A DNA stretch of 52,251 bases, filler included, from Streblomastix strix (taxonomy: Eukaryota): assembly GCA_008636045.1 (NCBI GenBank). It is 2 parts of 2 records of this genome, joined end to end, with 100 filler letters (N's around TTAATTAATTAA, not from the genome) between each part and the next. Parts side by side here need not be neighbours in the genome. Positions count along the whole stretch, not along the records: positions 26,189 to 52,251 come from SNRW01000182.1; 1 more part is not named here. One strand, given 5' to 3'. Under the pieces are notes generated by a model. That model made no database searches. It saw only the letters and a list, made by a program, of their open reading frames with translations, and had not been told where the DNA came from. Shown here in pieces: positions 26,089 through 43,600 of this stretch (positions are counted from its first letter, which is position 1; each line of letters begins with the position of its first letter). A program made the position numbers and the translations under genes.

Positions 26089-26188
26089 NNNNNNNNNNNN
26101 NNNNNNNNNNNNNNNNNNNNNNNNNNNNNNNNTTAATTAATTAANNNNNNNNNNNNNNNNNNNNNNNNNNNNNNNNNNNNNNNNNNNN
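26089..26188. other. Artificial 100-bp scaffold gap/linker
   Basis: 44 N + TTAATTAATTAA (26133-26144) + 44 N, a six-frame stop spacer of the kind used to join contigs. Confidence 0.95.
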
Positions 26189-30207
<4,019 letters not shown>

Positions 30208-30672
30208 TGTATTATAAATAAAAAGTGTTGTTTTCTGAATTAGCAATTCTGTGTTATCTTATTTTATTCACAAGTTCATCTCACGTATAGCATCTATTTA
30301 TCTTGCTGATTGATAATATTATGCTTATTTACCTTTTATCTAACGTATTGAACAATTTTCTAAATTAATGACATCGTTTTTGCTGAGAAAAACTCTAATG
30401 AAAACAATTTGCGAATATCTTTGCAAAAAATATACATTCAAAATGCACTAATAAAATACTTACTCTTCATACATATTTTAGAATATAATTACAATTCTTA
30501 ATGAAACTTTCACTTAATACATACAACAAAAAACAGTGCAAAAATTTATTAGTAAATAAACTCTGTAACGCGTCGTCTAAAAAACATTATTCTTTAATTA
30601 ATTATTATTTAGTGAAAAACATTATTTTTTTATATATTTTTATCCTTCATTTTTAGCATATTTCCAGCCCGA

Positions 30673-33600
30673 ATGAAATTAACAGTTGATAAGATTGCTG
30701 CTAAGCTTGGCCGGGTATGCTCTATTTATTTTTTGTTTCGGTCTATTACTCATTTATATTGATATTTCTTTAACTAATTTATTATCATAACTATAGAAAG
30801 TAGACCTAACAAGTGAAGAAGAATTGGATTTAAGTGGAATGAGAATTGATGAAGTTGGAAGTTTCGAGCGCTGTAGCGCACTCCTCCGTTTAAATCTCAG
30901 GTTTTTTATTATCATACATATTATTATGCAATTTTATAAATATTTTTATTTAATTGTTATTTATAGCAAGAATGGATTCGTTCATATGAGGCAGATAGAA
31001 GGCTTATTTGCACTCATTCAACTTGAAGAGCTTGATTTGACTGACTGTCCAATTACACATGGCTCAAACTACCGTCAAGCTGTTATTGATAGATTACCTA
31101 ACCTACGATTACTGGATGGAATGTTCGCATTGATCAATTCAATTTTAATTATTTATTTATTTATTTTATTTATTTCTCAATACTATTTATATCAGCCCAA
31201 TTCCTGGAAGAGGAGATTTCCATTCCACATCTTCATATCCAACAACTTAACCCACTAACAAACCAAAAAGGAAACAACGCAAACAGCAGCGCCAACAATA
31301 TGGGATCTTATTTGCTGAGGAACAAGATGGAGAAAATGAAAAAGAATTTTTATTTGATCAGAAAAACTTCCACTTCCAAGATATACTCAATAAACATTAG
31401 AGAGAGAATGATGATGAGCTGTTTTAGGATAAAGATGATGATTTTGGAGTGAAAGAGGAAGATGATGATGATGAAGAAGAAGATGAATCAAATGATAAGT
31501 AGAACATTGAATAATAAAAGAAACAATAATAGTAAGAATAATACAAACAATAATAAATAGAAGAGAAAAGATAGAATGAAATAAAGAAGAAAGAAAAAGA
31601 AGATAAAAGACTTAAAGAAGAATCAGAAAGAATAAAGATTGAATAATAAAAATAAGAGTAAATAGAACAATAAAGACTATAAAGAGAGAATGAATGGAGG
31701 ATTGTAGAAGAAGAGAAGAAGAAAATAGAATTGGAGAAACAACTTATTGAACAAGAGAAGCTTAAATTGAGACAATTCGAAGAATAGAAAATGAAGGAAG
31801 AATAAGATAAGGTCAGATAATAAGAATAATAAAGAAGGAATGAAGAAGAATAAAGGAATAAGGAAATACTGGACAGAATTAAGAGGGAATAGAATGAAAG
31901 AGATCAGAGGATTATTTAATAGGAGAGATAATAATAATAACAATAGTAATAATAATAGAATTATGATTATGGGTATAATTAGAGTTAGTAATAAGTGGAT
32001 TATAATTAGAATTAGAATTAGAATCAATATTAATAACAATATAACTAATATTAATAAGGAGATGATGAAGATTCTAAGGTAACAGAAAATATAATGTCGA
32101 GTTTGATGGCATTAGAATAATCGAAGAAGGATAAAGAACTTGAATTTTAGAAATAGAAAGAATAATAACAAAGTTTGAATCTGTTTCCTAAATTGAAACC
32201 AGTTAATAAACCAAAGCAATCTGAAGAATAAAATAATTAATAAAGTTCCAATATTTCATTATTACCTCCTCCAAACTTATAGAATAAACTAAATCCAGTT
32301 AGTTCATTAAATAAATTATAATAGAGTAGTCCTTAATTAATATAAACATCTAAACCAGAGAATGAATGGTAGAAGAAATAGAGAGAAAAAATAGAATAAT
32401 AATAAAGAGAAAATTCAAATAAAGAAAATGAATAAATAAGAAATAATTAATAATAAGAAAATGAAAGAAAGAAGAATAAAGAAGAATAAAAGAATAGAGA
32501 AATGGAAGAAAGATTGAAAAGAGAAGAATAAGAAAGAAGATTGAGAATATAATAATAAGAGAAAGATAAAGAAATAGAAAGATAATAAATATAGTAACAT
32601 CAACAATAATTGAATTAATAATAATAATAATAATAATAATATAACTAATATTAATAAGGAGATGATGAAGATTCTAAAGTAACAGAAAATATAATGTCGA
32701 GTTTGATGGCATTAGAATAATCGAAGAAGGATAAAGAACTTGAATTTTAGAAATAAAAAGAATAATAATAAAGCTTAAGTCTGTTTCCTAAATTGAAACC
32801 TGTAAATAAACCAAAATAAGAAGAAAATTCTTCAGAATAATTAAATTCATCTTAATAAAATCAAACACAATTATCTTCTTCTTTCTCTTAGAATAAATTA
32901 AATCCAGTTAGTTCATTGAATAAATTATAATAGAGTAGTCCTTAATTAATATAAACATCTAAACCAGAGAATGAATGGTAGAAGAAATAAAGAGAGAAAA
33001 TAGAATAATAATAAAGAGAACTTGATAACAAAGCTAAAGAATAAGAATCCTAAAATTCTTCAAATCCATCTGTTTCATAAACATCTGAATAAATACCTCA
33101 TGCTTCTACTGACTCAACACAACCAACTGCTTCATTATACAAATATCCAAATGGTCCAGCTAGACTTTCTTAGGATATAACACTGTCTACTGGATTCAAT
33201 AAGATGAATGCATAAAGATTGAAGCCATCTTTACCACAGAGGAATTAATAGAATTCACCATAAACACACAGTGAGAATAGTACAGATCAATAAAAATAAC
33301 ATTAAGTTAAATTTACTCCTAAATTCTCACCATTATCATAATAATCATAATCTAAATAACCATCTTAACCTCCATAATAATAACAACCTCCACTATCAAG
33401 TCCCAAATAATATCAATCATCAGTATTAAACACACCCCAATAACCATCATCAAAGAATCAACAGTCATTTCTGCCCAAAGTTGAGTCTAATTCAAGACCA
33501 GAGAATTCCTGGATGTAAAGACAGAGGGAAAAGATTGAAAAAGATGAGAAGTAGAAACAGGATGAAAAAGATAAGAGAATTGAATAGGAGAGAATAAGTA

Positions 33601-34724
33601 AGGAATAATCAGTGAATGATGCCAATTAAAGGAAGGAATCAATTGAGAAGATGGAGAAGGAAAGAATTGAGAGAAATGAAAGAGAAAAGAAAAAGTCATA
33701 AGAATAAGGATCTGAATAGTCTGAATTGGATTAGAAGATAAAAGAATAGAAAATATTCCCTTATTCTTCTTAGTCTCAGACTTCTTATGTGACACAATTT
33801 TAGTAGTAGTAGAGCCAATAGTATTCATCTTCTAATTAACCAACAATATAAACAGAATCTCAGTTAAATTAAGCATTTGGAAAATGGGGTCTTGGATTAA
33901 AGAAAGTTAATTAGAACCCATAAATAAGCCCAGAAAAAGAAAGATTGGTTCAATAAGAGAAAGAGAAAGAGAAAGAAAAAGAAAGAATTGAATAAGAATG
34001 GAATTAGAAAGAGAAATTAAGATTAGAGAAAGAAAAATAAGATTAAGAAATAGTAGAAAAACAAAGAATTGAGAAAGAAAAGTAAGAAAAAGAGAAAGAA
34101 TAATAAAAATAAAGAGAATTACAATAATAATAGTAATAATAATAACAAACAAATTAAAATATTAATACAAGTTAATCAACCATATCAACAGATTCAGTAA
34201 CGAGTAATGCATTTAGTAGATGGGGTGTACCCAAGAAGAATACAACTGCTCCTATTCAACCAAAATAACAATAAATATAATAATAACAAACTTCATCATC
34301 TTCAATATTAAATGTTTCTTCATCCATAAAACCTCCATAAGCAAATAGCACTATTCCAGCATGGAAATAAAAATAATTAGAAGAAAAAGAAAGAAAAGAT
34401 AATGAATAAATAGAAAAATTGAAAATTAGATTGAATGTTGGAAATCAGAATTAATCATCAATTTCAACTGAATCAACAACAGCGAATGCCTTTAATAAGT
34501 TTAACTCAATAAAGAAGCCAGAAACACAACAAACTGCCCATGCTGTACCAAAATCATGGAAAAATAACCCAGTAGTTAAATAGAACGAGGAATAGTAACA
34601 GCCTTCAAATACATCACCTGCACAATAATCCATCACACAAACAAATGATTCTTCCATCTCAACAGAATCAGTTCTAAGCAACGCATTCAGTCGCTGGGGC
34701 ATTTCAAAGAAAAAGAGCTTATGA
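30673..34724 (+). CDS. LRR/LRRcap (U2A'/SDS22-like) protein with a long repeat-rich low-complexity tail, about 1,270 aa, 4 exons
   Basis: EELDLSGMRIDEV, LLRLNLS, LEELDLTDCPI...YRQAVIDRLPNLRLLDG (LRRcap). Three GT-AG introns. Last exon 31196-34724 has no internal TGA. Confidence 0.85.
32030..33019 (+). repeat. Intragenic duplication, two ~380-bp copies about 600 bp apart
   Basis: 32041-32100 and 32641-32700 differ at one base; similarity continues to about 32410 / 33019. Confidence 0.9.
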
Positions 34725-35014
34725 TATTTATTATTTTTTTATATTTTATTTCTTTTTTTTTAATTATTTATCTTATTATTTTATGGAAAAGAAATTTTCC
34801 AATAAAATAAGTATAATAAAGCTTTATAAATAGGTGCTAAATATTTGAATTTTTATTAATCACTCATATACTTATTTAAATAATCAAGATGACCATCAAC
34901 TCCTTGTCTATGCAAATTAATCACATATACAATTCAATGCTAAACCAATTCCATACTCAAATCTATGCTAATTCCTTTCCTATATTCTTACCAGTGCTCA
35001 TTCTCTTCATATAA

Positions 35015-37525
35015 TCATTAGTTAAACAAGAAGCTGAGTGCTTCCTCAACACTCTTATTGCAAGCAAGATACACTTATACAGCTGCACTCATACTTTATC
35101 CAGTCATATCACAGATCTATGTAACTTTCTATTTATCTTCTTCTGACAACTGAAATAAATGAATAAATGAATATGAAATATGTGACAGTAAATAAATGAG
35201 AGGGTTTTTATAATAATATTCAATATTTTAAGTATTAGTTATCTTAATATCTTAATAAACCTTTGCAATAATCTCTTACTGATTTTATTGCATATTCTAT
35301 TAAGATGCAGCTGATGATTCATGATTACTATCAGTTTATTCTGTTGGATTTCCTATCAACTAATTCAAAGGGATGTTATCAGAGTCTGAAGAATCAGAGC
35401 CGTTTATAAAAACATCCAGAAACTCCTATAAAATTAAATTTAAGCAAAATGAATACAAATATTCAAATAAAAGTTATTTATACATCTGGATTCTCAACAA
35501 TGGCCTACACTAATTGAGGTTGAGTCTTTGCAAGTTACTGAATGATGAAATGGAATTGACTTGGATCTGATAGAATAGTTTGTCTGAACTAATCCCATTG
35601 AGGATGAGTATTCAATTGTTGTATTAGTGGATTCAACACACCATTTCTCTACTATTATATATTTGTATGTATGGGTGTTGTATTTGATATATTGGGGTGA
35701 ATTGCATCTGTTTGAGTTGGTGATTCAAGTGATGGAATTGCTTATGGAATTGGACGAGTTTAATTTTATTCATTTTTCAGTTTCAATGTTTGTTTCTTTG
35801 TGAAAAACACAACTGTAGCATTCTCAAACTGTACATTGTTAAATTATAATAGTAAATAAATAAAAGTATTTTATATAAGAAAATATATTTCATACTATTC
35901 CACATTATGAAAGTGTTTATTCATTTGTGAGAACTTTGCCAACGAAAACTAAAGTCAATTATTCAGCTGGAAATGCGAGTTCTTTTTCCATTTTATTTTT
36001 CAGTTGAACGATTGTTGAATTTTAGCTTATTTCAATTTTGAATTGTTGTCCTTTTGTTGATTTAAGTCCCAATTTCATAAGTTTCTCTTTCTTAATATTA
36101 ATTACTTTATCAATGAAATCGACTTTCAATGTTTCTGCAGATATATTTGATGATTTCTAAAAATGAAGAACGACTCCAGGTTCCTCATCAAATGTTATCT
36201 CATATTCTTCAACAGTGATTTCACCTTCAAATTGTGTTTTTAATATAAGGCTGTTCTTAGCAGTGAAAACTTTATCTCCAAACATAGAGATTAAAGGCAG
36301 TATTTAATTACCATAATAAGCAGCAGCTTCAGAATCACATGGCCACCTCTTCAAGAACTCAAAAGCGTGTTTAAATGATCCTCGGAAGAAATCAACATAT
36401 CTGTGGCTGTTGCATGCTACAAAGTGTATGAGATATATTGGAAAGAATTTCATTACTCCTAAAATCTCACTTTGGAGAATATCAATGTCAATTTCACCTT
36501 GAATTGATTGGGAAGAAGAAGAAATAGACTACAATTATTGTTGTGACATATTTTGGGGAATTGAAATCTGATTCTAATTTGTATCTACAAGTATTTTATT
36601 GAATGCTTTATCACGTGCCTACATATATAAATATAAGAATTAAATTATATTGAATAATAAAAATAGTGCAAATATAGCTCATACAACTTCAGATAATTAA
36701 ATATAATGAAATCCCAAAAGATTGTTTACAGCTGCCAAATTATCCTAAAATCTTGCAATTATTGAATCTCTGCAATAAAGTAATAGATAAATTATAATAA
36801 TAAAATATTAATAGTTTAAAATTCTATATTATATCATTTCGATTTAAATTAATTTAAATTAAATATATAATAACATACGATTATCTCTGAAAAATAACCA
36901 TGGGATAGTAATTTTAATTTTTGAAATGCTGAACGAAAATACGAGGGTTAAGAGCACCAGTTCTGTACAACAGCAGATTTGCTCTTCGATATCCTTGAGT
37001 TGCTTCATCTGCTCCTGTTGCCATTACATTGAGCTAGTCAAGGCTGTATTGAACGAGATACTCTTGACAGATTTTATCAAAAGACTCTTCTGATATTTCT
37101 TATTAATGTGCAACAAGAATTTCACCTTCTTCTTCATCATCAAATACTTCATCATAATCTACAAGACCTATGTTACAAAGTTTGATCTGGTTACTATTGA
37201 CAAGTTATTTTATTTTCTCAAGTTTATCTTTCCTTTTGTATTCCAAATTATCATATTTGTTAATATATTCTATGCAAGTAGAATCAAATTTTTATGGTTC
37301 ACTTTTTAAATTTTTTATTGATTAAGAAATGCCTTCAACAAATGGAAATTTGATATTGAGTGGATGCTGATCTGTAAACTCAGTTCTAAGAATATCTTAT
37401 TTATTTTCAATCAGATAGAAATATATTTCACGAATCTTGTTAAAATAAAACTCTATTTATTTCAACCATTTCTGTAAATATTTGTCATTCCTACTCTTTT
37501 CATCAAAAATATTTGGTTGATTCAT
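35015..37525 (-). CDS. RAD23: RAD23-like UBL / XPC-binding (STI1) / UBA protein with a ~420-aa N-terminal extension
   Basis: UBL MKLGLKSTKGQQFKIEI...TIVQLKNKMEKELAFPAEQLTLVFVGKVLTNEQTLSQCGI; XPC-binding HPQWDQFRQTILSDP...IQQLAKTQPQLVQAIVENPDEFL; UBA LSEEDKQKVTQICDMTG....AVQVYLACNKSVEEALSFLF. TGA 35015-35017. An extra 5' micro-exon from 37577 is possible. Confidence 0.8.
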
Positions 37526-38735
37526 CTATAAATATAATAAAAGTGGAAAATAAAATATATACGAAAATACAAAGCATTATTCTAGAATATTAGTAGAAAT
37601 TTTGAATGATTTTTTCGGCGAAATTTTTGTTACTTATACCTGGGAAATTATAATTATATTTATATATGTTAATACATTTAAATAATAATATTGCATATAA
37701 TCACTAGATCTATATTGCAAAATTTTATACGGGTCACGTGTGGGAAGCATTATTTTGAAACAAATTGCATAAATAAAAATGTGGGAGTTAAACACATGCA
37801 ATTATGTATAATTTTCTTTAATAGAATATAAAATATTTATATGTATATATTTTTTTGGATATAGTTATTTTATAGTTCGTAAACAGCTTGGAATTAGCGT
37901 TTTAAAAATTTTTAAGTAAATTAAAAAAAAAATACTGGAAATTAATGTCTGATTTTATAAAAAGTATAAAATAAAATTTTGAAAACACATTAGATCAATT
38001 TTACTGATTTTAAAGTCAAACGACGATTTCTTATTTTTGTGATCTGGATTATACACAGTACCCACTTTGAAATTGATACTATTTATAAAAATAAATTATT
38101 ATTACAACTTTATTTTATAAATATTGCACATCATAATTATACTATTAATACAAACCACTAAATTATAAAAAAAACTCTAAATTCTCTCTAACTATATTAT
38201 ACATATTTGAAATTATCATAAAAATAAAAGCTTTATATTAATATATATTTAATTTTAAAATATTTTAAAATAGTTACACTCATAATACTGCGCTTCAAAA
38301 TTAAGAAAAATTTCCTATCTTAAATCAAATCACTACACCTTAGAAATATAAAGTTAATGTTTATATTACAGTAATTTTATTTTAATAAGCAATATAATTT
38401 CAATTTTATTAAATTATACTTTAAATCTATTTTATCCATGCTTTTTTATCCAGAGATAATACATCTTTCTATTGATTATGTCGTCTTGATTTCTTAATAT
38501 CATTATTTGGCTAATTCTGATAAATCTGATGTTTTTTATTATCTTTACTGTTCAGATCAGAAGAACTTTTTGTGAAGAACCAATAAAACAATATGAGTAA
38601 ACAATAATTTACAAAAAGATTATTTTATATTTGAACGAATGATAACTTTTGTCGATTCAAACAAATTGAAAGTGTGTGAGTGTGTGTGTTTTATATGTTT
38701 AAATCAAATTATTCGTTCATTGATGGCATTTTTGA

Positions 38736-39842
38736 TCATAAGAAGAGTGCAATTGCAGGAAGTAACAAAGCAACTTTTACATAACTCCAGGCAGCACGAA
38801 CTGATGCAACGCTGTTGACAAGAACATTTCCTGAGTAATAACCTTCTTCAAGGAGTATTGTTCCTATTTAACACTTTCCAGATTGATCCTTGATTTTTGT
38901 CCATGCAATAATTGAATCCGGTTATCCACCAAGCCAACCAAATACGATAACATGACCAAATGTGTTAGAGTGAAATAGGACAGGGCCAAAACGAATCAAA
39001 ACACTCTTTAATGTTCTCAAATCACCCCAGAATTGTCCAATCTTAAAACCTTGAAGATGCTTTTGGATATCACTTCCATCACTGCATTTCTTAACTTTAT
39101 TTGGAATTTTATTATTTGGAACGCATAATGAACCAGCAATTCCTGCTTTATGAAGAGAATAAGTAGCTGGCAATAAACTATCTTAAGAGCACGATTTACT
39201 GAAATCTTATTTCATTCCTTCTGATGACTATCCTTTCGGAATCTCAGTGACTTTTATAGATTTTGGATAATTCTTAATCAAATATGTGATTGATGGATAA
39301 ATATCTTCATCTTTTATAGCCTTTGCTCCATATCCAAAAAGTCCTAAAAGACCACTGTCATGAAACTCTTAAACTGCTTTGCATTTTAGTTCTTCAGATG
39401 ATGGCACTTCATTTGTTTTCAAATTAAAAATATCTTAAAGCCTAATTAATAGAAAATTTTCATCATCCTCAGAAACACTTTCAATGAGAGGAAGAACATC
39501 GGAGATCTTAACACTCTTTGAATATCTTATTGTAGAGTTAGATGCATCTTCATATTTCATCTTCACTACGTTTTTCTTAATCATTTCTCCATCAAAATAC
39601 ACGTTGTCTAAATCAATAAAGTCGTCATTCGCTTTATCCTCAAAAATTGAATTTAGATCATTTGGATTCTGATGGATATAAACTTCAAATGATTTGCATT
39701 TGTCTATGTTAGAATGCTCAAGAGTGAGTGTCAAGTTGTTCTCAAGCAGCTTTTCACGCAAAATCTTCAACGTATTTGTAAAATTGCCTGGCACCTCAGT
39801 AGTCCCGAATGAGAGTGTAGCAAATAGTGCAATGAGAAACAT
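38736..39842 (-). CDS. Secreted, putatively GPI-anchored degenerate cathepsin-B-like protein, 368 aa
   Basis: ORFs 39435-39842 and 38922-39173 join under TAR=Gln. Signal MFLIALFATLSFG; LCVP...KKCSDGSDI; LKSVLIRFGPV...GHVIVFGW; terminal hydrophobic VALLLPAIALFL-TGA. Confidence 0.8.
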
Positions 39843-40681
39843 ATTGTTGAATTACCTATATTAAAAGTAATAAAATCAATAAAATTATGAAAATATAGAT
39901 AAACAGAGGAATTTTTTTGAAAAAATAAAATTAATTTAATTTTCCTTATTGAATGTATAAAAATCACTAATTCATATTTACATATTATATTTTATTCAAT
40001 TTGCATTCTTTCTAAATTAAATAATTGATGAAATATCAATCAAAGAAAAGTTTGCTTTTTTATGATCCCTAAAATTTAGTTATTAATTAATTTCTAATAT
40101 AGCATATTAAATATGTGTTATAGAATGGTTTATTAAATTAATCAATCTATTTAATAAGTGAAAAAACTAATGAAATGCAAATATTCTAAAAATTTCTGTA
40201 TATTTTGCTATTGATGAGATAATTTTGAGCTTGTTAACTTTTGGGAATGGATAAAATGAGTAGTAATTAACTAAGGACATAGACAATAAAATATGTAGAT
40301 GAATGGATCGGTGTTATAAAAAAGGCTTGTAATGTAATAAAAATGGGTAAAATAAACATTACTATCAAGAATAAAAATAATTTATTTCACTTTGACTGTT
40401 GAATTTTATTAATAACCCATCAGTGTATTTTCTTACAAGTTTTCAAAAAAATCTGTTTTCTTCTTCAGTTCTAATTTTAAATGCATTATTTCTATTTAAT
40501 TTGTACTTTAATAATTATTTTACATCTAATTATATTATTATTATTTTAATTTATGATATGCATGTAACAAAATCAACTAATTAACATTCTGACTTGTTTT
40601 CTTCTTTTAACTTGTCATAAAAACAGATTAATGTTAATTAAATATAATTATTATATTTTTGTATTATTTTATTAAGATTAA

Positions 40682-43600
40682 ATGCCATTATAACCGAGTG
40701 TCAAAGGAAATTCAACTTCAACTCATACACCGCCGAACATTTTGCGATTACCAGGCTTCTATGTGATTTTTGTCTTCGAAGAGGTTGAATCTTTCATGGC
40801 AGGAGCATCTTGGACTGAGATTGTACGTGCAATAGAGCGAAGTACAGTTCCGCCAGTCTTTGATCATGATGCTTTTGGTTTATTTGACAAGTTAGGAGAT
40901 AATACTTCTTAAACTCATGATTCACCACAAAATATGCTGTTCCGTGGATTCTTTGCTATTAAGAGTACCGAAACCATCTTAGATCTAAAAATCCGTGTTC
41001 TTCACGAGATTCGAAATTCGAGTAAAGCTCGTCGTTGGTGGAGAAGACATATGGGGACTACAATACCATTATATGCAAAGCCAACTCCATTAAAAGCATC
41101 ATTTGGAGACAGTGACATAAACAAATATCATTCATAGAAATATTTGAAAGGAAAACATTGGACAGAAGCTAATTAAAGCAAATAAAGTCTGTAAAGTATT
41201 GATATTTCGACAAATAATCTTTAATCGCTCAAAAAGATAATATCACATATGGCAATCGCTGATGCTGGTAAAATAAATCCTAATCAATAATTTGAGAATT
41301 TCTCAGTGAAAATGAATGAAATTGAAGACATGATTCCCAGACCTGAAGAACCAGATCTCTCGGATCTAGAATCAACCTCATATATTTCATCTGATTACGA
41401 TGAAGAAATAAATAATTTGAGTAAAAATAGAGAAAATGAAGAAATCAATTCAAATAATATATAAAAGAGGGGATATAAGAAGAAGAAGAAAGATATTGAT
41501 CATAATTATTACTAAGATCATACTGAACCATAACGTCGAACTGTCAGAATACAACCAGAAGACTTTGTTTGTTATGCATGTAGAATTAAACCGCCAGAAG
41601 GTGAATTATAAGGAACAAATATAAGGAGTGCTTCAATTTAACAATTAAAGCCAACTCCAAAACCAATAAGTCCATATTGTAAGAAGTAATCAGTTGTTGG
41701 TACTGAGCTATTTCCTGCTTTTTCTCCATATGCTGCAACATATGAATTGCCTCCACCTCCTGAAATTGATCCTTAATTTAATATGACTCAAAACAATAAT
41801 AATTAAATTATTCAAAATCATCAACATTCATTTCCACCACTTAGAAGTCTTGCATCAGAATCATACACTCAATTCAGATCTAAATAGAAACCTAATGAAT
41901 TTAGTTTGAATGTGGAAATTGGAGATAAATATAATACTCTTATTAACGATCCAATACTTTGCAAAGATAATGAAAAATCAATCAGCGCTTTAAAGAATTT
42001 ATATAAAAATGAGAAAGATTAACCAAAAGACATTAATTGTATTGATAAACAGATGAATAAGAAGAATAAAAAGAAAAAGAAACAATAAGAATCTTTTCCA
42101 AACGACAACAGAATTCCACTTCTTATATTCTGTGTTCCAGGTAAAATTCATGTTTTTGATTTGCATAAGAAATAAAATATTGAAACAGAATCCAATAAAA
42201 GTAATAAGAATGAAGATGACATTGATTTAAAAGGTGAAATGTGTATTGTTATGACATAAGGAAGGAAACTAATGAATCAATTAATTATTCCAAAGGAGAT
42301 GCCATTTGTTAATGTATTAAGACTCTTATCAATTGGTGCATATACATCACATGAAACATATTTGAATGATAATCTGGATATTAAGTATTTGAACGCCAAT
42401 TAATTCATAGCTGGAAGAGTTATTTCTAATAATGCTGATGGAAAGAGATAACTTATTATTAATAGACATTTCTTTGATTATGGAATTCAGAAGAGAGAAA
42501 AAGATTCCTAATTGGATCCAGTATATTAACCTCAATTAAATGAATATGAATATGAATAAAATGATAATAAATAAGATGAATAAATAAACTAAGAGAAAAG
42601 AATAAAAAGACGAAATTAAATGAAAATTAAGTTTGAAGATAAGAACAATAATTAATATTATGAAGATATACAACCATACACAAGTGTTTGGGAAGTCTGG
42701 GGTAATGAAAGTAAGAAATCAGTTGGAGGTCGAGTGCTTCGTGTTAATAGAGGAATTAACTACTTGAAACCAATTCCATCTCATATAATGCAAGATTCTT
42801 CTTCATCTTCTCAAATAACTTAATAATAAATCACTTAATAAGATTAAGATACTGATTAAGATGAAATGCTTTCATTATCTACACTAGATTTTTCTCTTTC
42901 ATCATTAAAAGCTCCTTTAATGAATAATAATGTTAATGATAATAATAAAAGTAAGTAAAATTATATTGATAAATAAATAAATATTGAACATAAGCTTTCT
43001 TCATTAGAATCAGAAAGATTAAATAGACTCAAAAGAATTGCTGAATGGGAAGCTTCCAATGGAGCTCTTCTTTAGACATCAATTCATATGAGTGTAGCTC
43101 ATGCTTCTGAATACAATGAACTGCTGAAATCATCAAAAGATAAGATTTAGTAACAAATATAGAAGTTAGAATTGAGAATAAAGGAATTAATTAAATAAAG
43201 GTCAAATGAGAAACAAACAGGATTTGATGATGATGAAGATTTGTTTCAGGAAAATTCATAGGTTTTATTTCATAATGCATTTCATAAATATATCGATGAT
43301 AAATAATACCCGTTAAATAGAAATGAATTATAATTAACAGAAGTTTCATTAACATCTCTGAAATCAAACACTTCATCAGATTCTCTTAATTCTTCTTCAT
43401 CTTTATAATCATCATCATCTTCATCATCATCATTGCCAACTTCTTTATTATCGACATCATCTTCAACTTAATTGGTTATTACTTCAAAAACTCAGAATCA
43501 ATCAAATTAACACATTCAGTCTCATTTTCTAGTTCCAGATACACCAAAAAGCTTAACATACAATTTTTCAGTTCTTCTTTCACATACACATTTCCTATCT

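Noticed and set aside
37733..37742. CACGTG (E-box) upstream of the RAD23-like gene; ACGCGT near 30568
   Set aside because: Single hexamers with no supporting evidence.
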